Below, one piece after another: positions 42,929 through 53,192 of a stretch of DNA of 64,000 nt. Source of the DNA: Opitutales bacterium (lineage in GTDB: Bacteria; Verrucomicrobiota; Verrucomicrobiia; Opitutales; UBA2987); assembly GCA_965226885.1 (NCBI GenBank), contig CBDDEL010000010.1:105168-169167 (forward strand), read 5' to 3'. Made by a program: the position numbers and the translations under genes. How positions within the stretch are numbered: position 1 is the stretch's first letter; each line of letters opens with the position of its first letter. The notes beneath the pieces are model-generated. The model was given only the letters and a program-made list of their open reading frames with translations, was not told the origin of the DNA and ran no database searches.

Positions 42929-44323
42929 TCATCCATCAAACCGGAACGAAAACATATCTGCGTTCTTGAGCGTGAAACGCAACTGAATAACGCCCTGTTT
43001 GAAACCTGGATCTTGAGCCCAATCCACGCGAGCATCAACGGCGTCTCCCCTCAGCGGCTGTGATTTACCGACGACTTGCCCGGACTTGTTCAGGGCTTCG
43101 ATCGTCAACGTGCCGTCGGCTCGTACGACGTAGTTGACAAGCAGACGCTGGCCCTCGTAACGCAGCGGCTTGGTCGTCATCTGTCCGCCGTCGCTACCCC
43201 CGCACAAAGCGACGAACCCGTCCACGCGATAGACGAATCGCCGGACTCGGCCCGGTGTCGGTTCGAAGAAATTCTCCGTTGCGTAGACCGAGATTTCGTT
43301 CGGCTTGCCGGGCAGTTGGAACATGCCCCAGGCCATGTAATTGCTGCGGTTGTGGTTGCGGTCCTTGGGAGCCGTGCGCGGAATGACCGCTTCGGCGTAA
43401 CGGTGGAATTCCGTCCCGTCGCGGCTGGTCATCAGGATCGGCTCGACCTGCTGGCTCTTGGGTTCGTAACGAGTGGGAAATCCGATGAACAAATGCGGCG
43501 CACGGAAATACTTCTGAATCGCATTTGTGTAAAGATGCTCGTTGGCCGTGCCTTGCGGATAAGTCAGCTCGGCTTCGTTCTCCCAGGTAATGAAGTCTTT
43601 GGAGGTCGCGGTGCGGATCGCTCGCACGCCGTTGCCGAAATAACGCCAGTAGGCGCGGTACTCGCCGCGGTCGGTATCCCAGAACGCGAGGTTCTGCGAG
43701 TCGAACGCTCCGTGGGTGATCACGGGTTCCTCCTGCATAAGCTTCCAGTTAATGCCGTCGGGAGACTGAAACGCATACAGGCCGAGCCGGTAGCTCTGGT
43801 CGCCTTGTGACCGCGCCAGCGCCTTATAGCGCGCTTCGGGTTGGCAGTCCGGGTTGGCATCTTTAAAAGGAGTGAAATTGTGGCTGAACATGCCGTCCCA
43901 GATGATATTGTTTGCCTTGGAGCCGTTAAACTCGACCAAGCCGAGGTTCGGTTTCGTCCACCGGATGCCGTCTTTGCTTTCGGCATAGCAGGTGACTTCC
44001 TCATGAGCGGCCTTCTGCTGCTCGTCGTGCTGCCAGCCGCGATAGATCATGCGGTAAACGCCGCCGTCTTGGAAAAAGGTGTAATAGCCGCTGCTGTTTC
44101 CCTCCCACGGCTGGTCGGCGACAAACACGACCTCTTTCGGTTCGGGCCTCATCAACTGCTGCTGAACGTCGCCCGTGATTTCGCCTATTACATGGTCGTC
44201 AACGAACAACTCCAGCCGGTTGTCAACGTCGATCGGCTCTGCGGACTCAGCCAACGTGATCGTGCAGAGTGCGAGTACAAAAGCAGACACGGGAGTGTTC
44301 AAGAATTGGATGCAACGGAGCAT
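42929..44323 (-). CDS. Secreted beta-propeller glycoside-hydrolase-like protein (GH32/43-like)
   Basis: Signal peptide, RLELFVDD, YAESKDGIRWTKP, FDSQNLAFWD, R.DGFVAL; likely start MLRCIQ at 44323. Confidence 0.7.
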   Translation of the reverse strand: MLRCIQFLNTPVSAFVLALCTITLAESAEPIDVDNRLELFVDDHVIGEITGDVQQQLMRPEPKEVVFVADQPWEGNSSGYYTFFQDGGVYRMIYRGWQHDEQQKAAHEEVTCYAESKDGIRWTKPNLGLVEFNGSKANNIIWDGMFSHNFTPFKDANPDCQPEARYKALARSQGDQSYRLGLYAFQSPDGINWKLMQEEPVITHGAFDSQNLAFWDTDRGEYRAYWRYFGNGVRAIRTATSKDFITWENEAELTYPQGTANEHLYTNAIQKYFRAPHLFIGFPTRYEPKSQQVEPILMTSRDGTEFHRYAEAVIPRTAPKDRNHNRSNYMAWGMFQLPGKPNEISVYATENFFEPTPGRVRRFVYRVDGFVALCGGSDGGQMTTKPLRYEGQRLLVNYVVRADGTLTIEALNKSGQVVGKSQPLRGDAVDARVDWAQDPGFKQGVIQLRFTLKNADMFSFRFDG

Positions 44324-44387
44324 GTTGTGTCCCTGCTGGTTGGAGTGTACACGAGACGGGCAGCAACAACGCAAAGATTGATATTGA

Positions 44388-45815
44388 CCGAGATTTCCCA
44401 TATGAACATTCATAATCGTTGAAAATAGCTACTTTCTAATATTTCGATCCAATTTTTTGCTTTCATTGTGATTTGGCAATCCTTTCCTACATTATTTGAT
44501 GATCAAATCGGCAGTATTTAACAATTATTGCTGATTTTCCCTTTGCCCGGTAAAATCAGGGAAAGATCTTTCCTTCTGTTGGAGGTTTCCACAGCACTGA
44601 TTCCTTTTGTATCGAAAAATCTTCTTACTCACCCCGTATCAGGTGCGAGTCGCAGTCGCTCTACTCGCTTGAGCATGGTTCGAAACATTTCCCTTGGGAT
44701 GGCCACCTCAGCCATCTGGAAAGTGATATACTTGGCATGGTGGACCACCTTCGCTCCGATTTTGATGAGTTTCTCCCGTAAAGAGCTCAGCATCCAGTGC
44801 TTCACCTTTAGGGGAAGGATCAACCGGCGCATGAAGTTGCCCAGATTGTAGGCTAAGCCGAAGAGCTGAAGCCGAACGGCGTTGTCCTCAAAGTCATGGC
44901 AGGACAAGCGGGTCCAGTGGATGGCATGTTTGCCCTCTTTAATCCACTGCTCTGCGGTGCCCCGGTGGTTGTAAAATTTCACTATCTTCCTGGGTGGCCA
45001 GTTCAGATTCGTCACGATGAGACCGACCCGCGCAAATAACTCTCCGGCCTGCCACTCGACCTTGGCCACCACCCGGCGAGCTCTCTGCCAACTGGCGGCT
45101 TGATACGAAAAACTCGCATAAAACACCTTGGGTGCCCGCGAGGGCCGCCCCACTGGCCGAGGGGCGATCTGTTTTTGTAAAATCGTGTTGCTCTTCAGTC
45201 GGATGGCGAAGAAAAAGTTCTCTTCCTCAAGGTAACTGTAGAGGCCCGGATTGGCGAAGGCGGCGTCACCTCGGAAAAAACGTTTCAAGGGACGCTCACG
45301 ATAGCGGGCAACGACCAGTTGGAGCACCGACAACCAATCGTCGGCACTGTGCACGTTGCCTTTACGCAGGTTGGCCCGTTCCAGATCGCCAAACTGGTTG
45401 AAACAGAACAGGGGATGATAACAGGTGCAGCCGAAATGACCGTTGAAGGCCGAGCCTTCCTGCTTCCCGTAAGTAGGGCTCTCCGAACTATCCATATCGA
45501 GAATCAGTTTCTTCATCCCCACTCGCCTATTCACCCGGTCTATCCATTGACCGCTCATGTCCGTCAGTGCGCTCAGATTCTCAGGTTTGGTTAACATCTG
45601 TGTTTCAAAGCGGCTCATTTCACTGGTCGAAGCCGCCGGTTGCCAATCGGCACGACCCCCCACAATCTGCCTCATAGCGGGATCAAACCGCAGGCGCTCC
45701 GCATCATTCGTGTCTTCGTAACCCGCCAGGCGACTGAAGACAGACTGGCGAAGCAGAGCGGCTCTGCCGTGCTGGATATTTTTGCCCGTGCGCTCCTCCA
45801 CGACATTTTCGCTTC
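44388..45815 (-). mobile_element. IS1380 type 2 isoform, 5' end removed by IS3
   Basis: IRR CCGAGATTTCCCAT at 44388; transposase 44629-45801 lacks its N-terminus. Confidence 0.88.
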
Positions 45816-45842
45816 TGATCGGACCCCATCTTTGCTACCACT

Positions 45843-46772
45843 TTAAGTGAGAGTATTTCCGTAGGTTTGGTATTGTAGGTTTTGCAGCGGGTGGCGCAAT
45901 GAGGCCGTAGGCCGAATGGAGCCAGCCGCTGCTTTGTTGATTGTTCGCCAGAGTCTGGCAAATGTATTTGGGGAGAGAAAGCCTAATCGGCTGTGGGGGT
46001 GTTTCGCGTTGTATTTGTGTCGCCATTGTTCGACCACCACACGCGCTTCGGTCACGCTCAGGAACAGTTCCTGGTTAAGGCATTCATCGCGCAAACGATT
46101 ATGAAAGGATTCTATATGTCCATTCTGCCAAGGGCTTCCTGGATCAATGTATGCGATGGCAATTTCCTGTCGCTGCAGTTCTTCTTTGACTTGGTGGGCT
46201 ATAAACTCCGATCCGTTGTCCGAGCGGATGCACTGAGGTTTGCCGTTCTCTCTTATGGCATCGTTCAATACCTCTACCACATCGGCACTTTTCAGTGAGC
46301 GCGCAACCTTAATGGCCAGGCATTGACGGGTATGTTCATCGATCAGTGTCAAGAGCCTGAGCGGACCGCCCCGGTCGGTGCGATCCGCCACGAAGTCCCA
46401 ACTCCACACATGGTTGGGCTGCACTGCTCGGGTCGGGGTAGCCGTGGATTGGCCCTGCCGGCGACGGCGCTTGCCAGACGGGCGCACACCCAGTCCTTCG
46501 AAACGACGCACTTTTTGGACGAATTTGCGACTCACGGGCCAACCTTCATGGGCCAACAAAGCGCGGATCCGACGATAGCCATAGCGCGGATGCTTCTTCG
46601 AAAAGGCAATGATGCGTGCCACCAGTTTATGCCTATACTCAGTAGCTTTCTTGGGTTCATACAGGTAGGTTGAGCGGTGCAACCCAAAATACTGACAGGC
46701 CCGACGCAGCGAGCACGACCCTTGGGCCAATACATGCTTCACCGCTTCCTTTTTCTGCTTCGGGCCTACCAT
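45843..46772 (-). CDS. IS3 OrfB integrase-core transposase
   Basis: WSWDF, RSDNGSEF, PWQNGHIESF. Confidence 0.92.
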   Translation of the reverse strand: MVGPKQKKEAVKHVLAQGSCSLRRACQYFGLHRSTYLYEPKKATEYRHKLVARIIAFSKKHPRYGYRRIRALLAHEGWPVSRKFVQKVRRFEGLGVRPSGKRRRRQGQSTATPTRAVQPNHVWSWDFVADRTDRGGPLRLLTLIDEHTRQCLAIKVARSLKSADVVEVLNDAIRENGKPQCIRSDNGSEFIAHQVKEELQRQEIAIAYIDPGSPWQNGHIESFHNRLRDECLNQELFLSVTEARVVVEQWRHKYNAKHPHSRLGFLSPNTFARLWRTINKAAAGSIRPTASLRHPLQNLQYQTYGNTLT

Positions 46773-47032
46773 TTTTTTGCGTTCACCTCCTTGAGCACAC
46801 GGTTCTCCAGCATCTGCTCGGCTACTATCTTCTTAAGCTGCGTGTTTTCGCGCTCCAGCTCCTTCAGCCGCTTGGCGCCACGCAGCTCCATGCGGCCATA
46901 CTTTTTACGCCAACGATGGTAGCTTTGAGGACTGATATTGTGGGACCGACAGACATCCTGAATGCCTTTGCCTGCGTCTACTTCGCGCAGTATCGTTATG
47001 ATTTGTTCAGGGGTGTATCTTTTTTGCTTCAT
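46766..47032 (-). CDS. IS3 OrfA
   Basis: MKQKRYTPEQII...LKELERENTQLKKIVA. Confidence 0.88.
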   Translation of the reverse strand: MKQKRYTPEQIITILREVDAGKGIQDVCRSHNISPQSYHRWRKKYGRMELRGAKRLKELERENTQLKKIVAEQMLENRVLKEVNAKKW

Positions 47033-47100
47033 AGGTCTTTCCGGTAATTTCTCCAGAAAGACTCTCACTGGCAATGGTAGTGTTTTCGGCGGTCACATCA

Positions 47101-47299
47101 GAGGCTGTCCCAAAAGGGTGATTTTTGCGAGGGCTTTTGATAGGCGCTCATTTTAGAGGTATTTGCATTTGGGAGAGTATCAACTTTGCTCTCCTATGAC
47201 GTTAGGATACTGGTTTTGGGGTCCGGTTGCCTAGTTTTCTTTGTATGAGCCGACAGTAAGGCTGTGAAAAAGTATTGTCCTTGCTTTTCCGCTCTCTAG
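47101..47299 (-). mobile_element. Right-end remnant of IS element A
   Basis: Matches 992-1190; IS1380 inserted at the transposase stop (CTAG). Confidence 0.88.
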
Positions 47300-48752
47300 C
47301 CCGGATATTTCATGAAGGGTAAAGTTTGGCTCGTTATTGCTATTGGAGATGGATTTCTTTGTATTTTGAGCAGATCGTCTTGATTTTTAGGTGTTTTTCA
47401 GGGTGTAGAGACACTGCCCCCTTTCCCCCATTGGTTCGGTAGTGCCGGGGGCAGCACCAATGCACCCTTTAGGTTGGCACCAATCGGCGGGCCGCATGGT
47501 TGAAAAGACTGGCCCAAGGATAACTCTCACTTAGGTGAAAGTGAATCGTTCGGGTGTTGCGCACGATGACCGCTCCGATCTTGATTAATTTGAGCCGCAG
47601 GGTGTGGCATTGGGCCCGCGCCCACTTCGTCCCTTTTAAGGCTAACCGGCGCATGGCTTCCATCAAGGTGTAGGCCAGCGCCGACAAGAGCAATCGCCAC
47701 TGATTGGCCCACCATTGATGGGCGCTGGTGCGCTCGCTGAACAATTGCATCTGTTCCTTGATTCGGTTCTCCATTTCACCGCGGCCACAGTATACCTTGT
47801 CGTAAAGCTCCTGGGGATCGCCCGGCAGGTTCGTCACCACGAAGCGCGGGTTGGACCCCTGTGCGGTGTGTTCGGCTTTATGGATGACCAACCGCAGCCA
47901 TCGCCACGAATCGGCAGCATAGACGAAGTCCTGGAATAACCGTTGTTTTTTACCCCTTAGTTCGAACCATTCTTTGGCCTGCTTTTGCAACTGCTGGGCG
48001 TCTTGCTGCAAGCGTGCATTGCGAGCCATCCCCACGATGTAACTAACTTCGTTGCGGTCGCACCAAGAGAGTATCCGGTCTCGACAAAATCCACTGTCGG
48101 CGCGCCAAATAATCCGCGTACGGGGCCAGCTTTGGCGAATCCGTTTAACCAGCAATTTGAGGATGGCCCCGGCATGCTTGCTGGCATCGATCTTGCTCGG
48201 CCGCAGGTAGGCCACCAGCAGCTGATCACCGCAAAAAACATATAGCGGCAGAAAACAGTAATGATCATAATAACCGTGGAAAAAACGTCCCTCCTGGAGC
48301 CCGTGCACCGGATTGTCGGTGGCGTCAAAGTCCAGGATGATCTCTTCGGGTTCCTCGGCAAAGGAGCCCATGAACTGTTCGACCAACAGCTCGTTTACCG
48401 CAAAGGCCGCCCGCCGATCCTGCCCGTTTTCAAAACGACACAAAGTCGGCGCGCTGGCCAACGTTTCAATGCGCCCCGTTACCGTTTGCAACAATGGATC
48501 GTGGCGCAGGGTATCAAAGTCGTTCAAATCCTCATAGCCCGCCACCAGCCCGTAAACGCGCTGCCGCAGCATCCCCAATACCTCATGGCGTACTTTGCCC
48601 TTCTGCCGTTTGTCCACTAACTGTCGGGCCGCTCGTTCGGTCAAGCCCAACTGCCGATCCACTTCCCGGATCAAAAGCAGTCCGGCATCCGAAGTAACCT
48701 CTCCGCCCTTGAAATCAACCCGCACACGGCGGCCTTTTACCCTTGTCAACTG
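47300..48752 (-). mobile_element. IS1380 type 1, 5' end truncated by IS1
   Basis: IRR at 47300; ORF 47469-48749 lacks the native start. Confidence 0.9.
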
Positions 48753-49554
48753 GGTAGTGTATTAAGTAGGAATGGTGGCTAATTCTTGATTATATTGATG
48801 AATGAAAAGTCTCAGACAGGTTTCATGCATACTCTTAAGCTTGGAAAAGGAGAGGGTTTTGCGTGTGAAACGACCCAGTCGTTGGCGCAGGGTATTGTTC
48901 CATCGTTCCACATGGGCCGTTTCACCGGTTTCTTTTCCCACGGATCGGTTATGAGGAAAGACTTCATCATAAGTGCTCCAAAAGTCGCTGTAGGTGGCAC
49001 ATCTTTTGTAGGCCCGTGGCAGACGCTCGTAAAGTTCCCGGCAACGATACCAATCCCGAGGCCCAATGGCATAGGAGAGGATTTGACGGGTGCGTCGGCA
49101 AAGAGCGATCCAAACCCATTGGGCATCGCTCTTGCGCCCCACAAAAGACCACAGTTCGTCCAGTTCAATGACATCATGGCGGCGGGCCGCAAGAATCGTG
49201 CTTTTGAGCGGTCGCAGCGATTGTCGTTTTTTTTAACCAACTCAAAACGGTGTTGGGACTCACCCCGAAGGCGCGCTGTAAACCGCGTAGACTGCTGCGT
49301 TCCTGATAGACTCGAAGGATCATTTCTTTTTGCTCTTCGGTGTATTTCACTGTGGGGTTTTCGCGGCTTTGTTTACCACAATCATGGCAGCGGTAGCGCT
49401 GTTTATGGTTGGGCGTCTTGCCAAATTTAATGATATTTTCACTTCCACAGTGCCGACAATTAATAATTTTAGTAACCATGCACTAAGAATAAACTGCCTA
49501 ACGCTATTTGTACAGCTAAAAATACAAAATAACATTCTTTTTTTATACACTACC
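48753..49554 (-). mobile_element. IS1-family element (complete; insA 49174-49479, insB 48762-49142)
   Basis: GGTAGTGTAT IRs at both ends; flanks do not match. Confidence 0.92.
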
Positions 49555-50787
49555 AAAATACCAATCCGGCAAATGCGATTAATACGCCGGTAGTGTATTA
49601 AGTAGGAATGGTGGCTAATTCTTGATTATATTGATGAATGAAAAGTCTCAGACAGGTTTCATGCATACTCTTAAAAGCTTGGAAAAGGAGAGGGTTTTGC
49701 GTGTGAAACGACCCAGTCGTTGGCGCAGGGTATTGTTCCATCGTTCCACATGGGCCGTTTCACCGGTTTCTTTTCCCACGGATCGGTTATGAGGAAAGAC
49801 TTCATCATAAGTGCTCCAAAAGTCGCTGTAGGTGGCACATCTTTTGTAGGCCCGTGGCAGACGCTCGTAAAGTTCCCGGCAACGATACCAATCCCGAGGC
49901 CCAATGGCATAGGAGAGGATTTGACGGGTGCGTCGGCAAAGAGCGATCCAAACCCATTGGGCATCGCTCTTGCGCCCCACAAAAGACCACAGTTCGTCCA
50001 GTTCAATGACATCATGGCGGCGGGCCGCAAGAATCGTGCTTTTGAGCGGTCGCAGCGATTGTCGTTTTTTTTAACCAACTCAAAACGGTGCTGGGACTCA
50101 CCCCGAAGGCGCGCTGTAAACCGCGTAGACTGCTGCGTTCCTGATAGACTCGAAGGATCATTTCTTTTTGCTCTTCGGTGTATTTCACTGTGGGGTTTTC
50201 GCGGCTTTGTTTACCACAATCATGGCAGCGGTAGCGCTGTTTATGGTTGGGCGTCTTGCCAAATTTAATGATATTTTCACTTCCACAGTGCCGACAATTA
50301 ATAATTTTAGTAACCATGCACTAAGAATAAACTGCCTAACGCTATTTGTACAGCTAAAAATACAAAATAACATTCTTTTTTTATACACTACCAATACGCC
50401 CAACCATTCTGTTATATGCAAACGAATTCCAGTAAAAAGGGATAATATAATTATGGTAATTTGTACTGAACCAAATAGAATGAGCGCACCTGTTCCAGTA
50501 TCCAGCGTGGTATAGGCATAAGAGAAGGTAATGGCGTAAAGAAAGATCATGATGCTGGCAAACCAACTGCCTTTAGAGGACAAGTTCTTTTTATTGTTAC
50601 TTATCTTTAATATGGCTAAAAAAACAAGGGCGCCTGAAAGTAAGCGTAGAACAGTAAAACTTGGTGCATCAATGGAATTTTCACCAAGCGCTAATCGGCA
50701 CAACACAGAATTTGCTGCGAACGCAATTAGCGCCAAAGTAGTAAAAATCAGCGTTCTTTTAATGGTATGCCTTGATTTATCAATCAT
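49555..50787 (-). pseudogene. DMT/EamA-family transporter disrupted by IS1
   Basis: LIAFAANSVLCRLAL, FSYAYTTLDTGTGALILFGSVQ; continues as GVLIAFAGLVF in 49555-49588. Confidence 0.85.
49589..50392 (-). mobile_element. IS1-family element (insA 50012-50317; insB frameshifted near its 3' end)
   Basis: 8-bp TSD AATACGCC at 49581-49588 and 50393-50400. Confidence 0.93.
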
Positions 50788-50799
50788 TTAAAATCTCAT

Positions 50800-50989
50800 T
50801 TCGCAGATCAAAATGTACCATCTTGAGGGCAAGAATAGATACGTTATTGATTTTATGGACGTCAAGGTTTGATTTGGGTATTTTTGATTCTTCCCCTAGC
50901 CGGGGTGTAGGGGCGGGATCGGCTTGATGCTCACTAAAATGAACGCGCATCAAAATCTTCCCGTAAAATCATCTTTTTGGGACAACCTC
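50800..50989 (+). mobile_element. Diverged right-end remnant of an element-A relative, inverted
   Basis: Reverse complement GAGGTTGTCCCAAAAAGATGATTTT...TCATTTTAG aligns with the A right end. Left boundary approximate. Confidence 0.6.
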
Positions 50990-50998
50990 TAATCTAGA

Positions 50999-52323
50999 TG
51001 ACGTGTACTGGATTTGTTGGACACGGGATTCTCTTATATTCATTGTTTATTGATTAGTGTGTCAGGCGGCTTGTTTTGGTAAAGGGTTTTGTTTTCTCGT
51101 TGCCCCCCATGGGGGGCAAATATTTTCCTCGAATTGGACTGGGCTTTGGTAACTCAGAGAGGAATGTTTGCGATATCGGTTGTAGAAGATTTCCACGTAT
51201 TCGAAGACAGTTGATCGCAGTTCGCGCTCGTCGGCAAAGTGGCGGCCTCGAATCGTGCTGGTCTTGAAGCGGCCGTAGAACGATTCCATGGCCGCGTTGT
51301 CGTAGCAGTTGCCTTGGGCGCTCATGCTCGGCTTCATGCCTAGTTCAGAGACCAGCCTCTGATAGTCGTCGCTGGCGTAGGGGCTGCCCCGATCGCTGTG
51401 ATGAATAATCCCGGTGCGCAGTGTGCCGCGGGTCATGGCCGCGGCTTTGAGGGCCTTGCCAACCAGCTTCGCGTCGTTGTGGTTGGAAACGCTCCAGCCC
51501 AGCAGGCGTCGGCTGAACAGGTCCATCACCGTGGCCAAGTACATCCAACCGGCCAGGGTCCGTAGGTAGGTCGTGTCCGCCACCCAGACCTCGTCGATAT
51601 GGGTCGGCTGGCCATGCTTTTTAAGCACATTGGGGCTGTAACCATAGGGATGGTTACTGTTGGTTTTTAATGGCTTAAAGCGTTTACTCTGGGTGCTTTT
51701 GATTCCCATTTCACGCATCAGACGCAGAGCCCGGTCACGGCCGCAATCGATGCCCTCATCATCCTTCAGATGGCGGTGCATTGGCCGATGCCCATAGCGG
51801 CCCTTGGCCTCTTTGTGTACCTTCAGGATCGCCCCCTTGATTCCCTCGTCCTCGATCCGCCGGGCCGAGGGCGCTCGGTGCCTCCAGCAGTAATAGCCAC
51901 TGCGACAAATCCCCATCGCCGAGCATATTTCCTCGATCTTGAAGCGCCCCTCGTTGTCTTTGACAAACTGGTACTTCATTGTTCGTCCTTGGCAAAGTAG
52001 CCCACCGTTTTTTTTAGTATCTGGTTGATCCGCTCCGAGCGGCGCAGCTCTTTGCGAAGACGATCTATCTCGGCCGCCATCTCCTTCGGACTGCTCTGTC
52101 GCTTTGAGGTGGCTTCGCCCTGCTGATCGTCCAGATAGAGCCTCTTCCACCTATACAATTGGTTGGTGTTGACCCCAAGTTTGGTCGATACCTCGGTGGC
52201 GCTCAGACCATCGAGTATCATCAGTTGAACTGCCTCATTTTTGAACTCTATACTGCGTCTTCTTCCCATGCTTCGATTCTCCATTTAGGAGAATCTCGTG
52301 TCCACTTTTTCCAGTGCACATCA
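50999..52323 (-). mobile_element. IS3-family element type 2, copy 2 (orfA 51976-52284, orfB 51062-51979)
   Basis: Same ends as 34419-35754; 4-bp TSD TAGA. Confidence 0.92.
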
Positions 52324-53189
52324 TAGAGGCATTGGGGCAACTGGCGAAGGGCGGTGATTATAACGTCTGGAATGAGGCCTTGGCAGTGGGGGTGATTTTC
52401 CCGAATCCTCAATGAACGCTTGTCGCCAGCATAGAGGGCGGTGCGAAAACCGGTTTGTGCGGCGGGGAGAATGTCGTTGAGAAGGTCGTTGCCGAGGTAG
52501 AGGGTTTGCTTTGGAGCTATCTGTCTTTTGGCAAGTTCATTTCTTAATTTGGCAAAGAGGCTAACTGAGGGTTTGGCTTCGCGCTCAAGGTAAGACCACA
52601 CGCAGAGGGTGGGGTCGAAACATTGGGCCAGGTTTTCTTTTTCCCTGAAATATTCGAGCATCAAGGGGGTGTAAAATTGGGCGTTGGAAACGATGCCGAG
52701 GGGCAATCCCGACGCCCGAAGTTTAGACAGGGCTTGATGAATTCCCGGCATGGGCCAGACGGGGTTGGCTTTGCATTCGTAGGTGAGGGCAAGGGCTTCA
52801 ATGGCGTCCGGAGGGATGTTTTGGTGTAGGCTGTGGAGGAAATCTTGCCAGACATCCCGTATTTCCACTTCTGGATGCTCAATGCATTGGGATCTGCGGC
52901 GCTGCCAGGCGGCCTTGATTTGAGCCTGAAAGCGGTTGGACAGTGCGGCGGAATTTTCGTCAGGGTTGAGGCCAACGCTTTGCAGGCTGGAGCGCATGGC
53001 TTCGGCCTTAGCGGGGTCATTTTTTTGGTGCGTTCCGATGTCGCCGGAGCCTGAAATGAGAAGCGTTCCATAAATATCGAAGGCGACCGCCCGGATGTTG
53101 GGCAATTTTTTCAGACGGGGCTCCAGGCCGGTCGGGATGGGCTGGAGGGGGAAGCAATTTTCTTTGATGATGGCCGACTGGTCGCTCAT
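52248..53189 (-). CDS. HAD-family phosphatase (candidate MggB/GpgP-like); C-terminus extended into IS3
   Basis: FDIYGTL, VSNAQFYT, KPS, GNDLLNDI motifs. Confidence 0.8.
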   Translation of the reverse strand: MSDQSAIIKENCFPLQPIPTGLEPRLKKLPNIRAVAFDIYGTLLISGSGDIGTHQKNDPAKAEAMRSSLQSVGLNPDENSAALSNRFQAQIKAAWQRRRSQCIEHPEVEIRDVWQDFLHSLHQNIPPDAIEALALTYECKANPVWPMPGIHQALSKLRASGLPLGIVSNAQFYTPLMLEYFREKENLAQCFDPTLCVWSYLEREAKPSVSLFAKLRNELAKRQIAPKQTLYLGNDLLNDILPAAQTGFRTALYAGDKRSLRIRENHPHCQGLIPDVIITALRQLPQCLYDVHWKKWTRDSPKWRIEAWEEDAV

Positions 53190-53192
53190 CTT

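Larger units (their letters stand above)
45816..47100 (-). mobile_element. IS3-family element type 1 (no TSD)
   Basis: TGATCGGACC / GGTCACATCA ends; orfA and orfB overlap at an A-rich slippery site. Confidence 0.9.
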
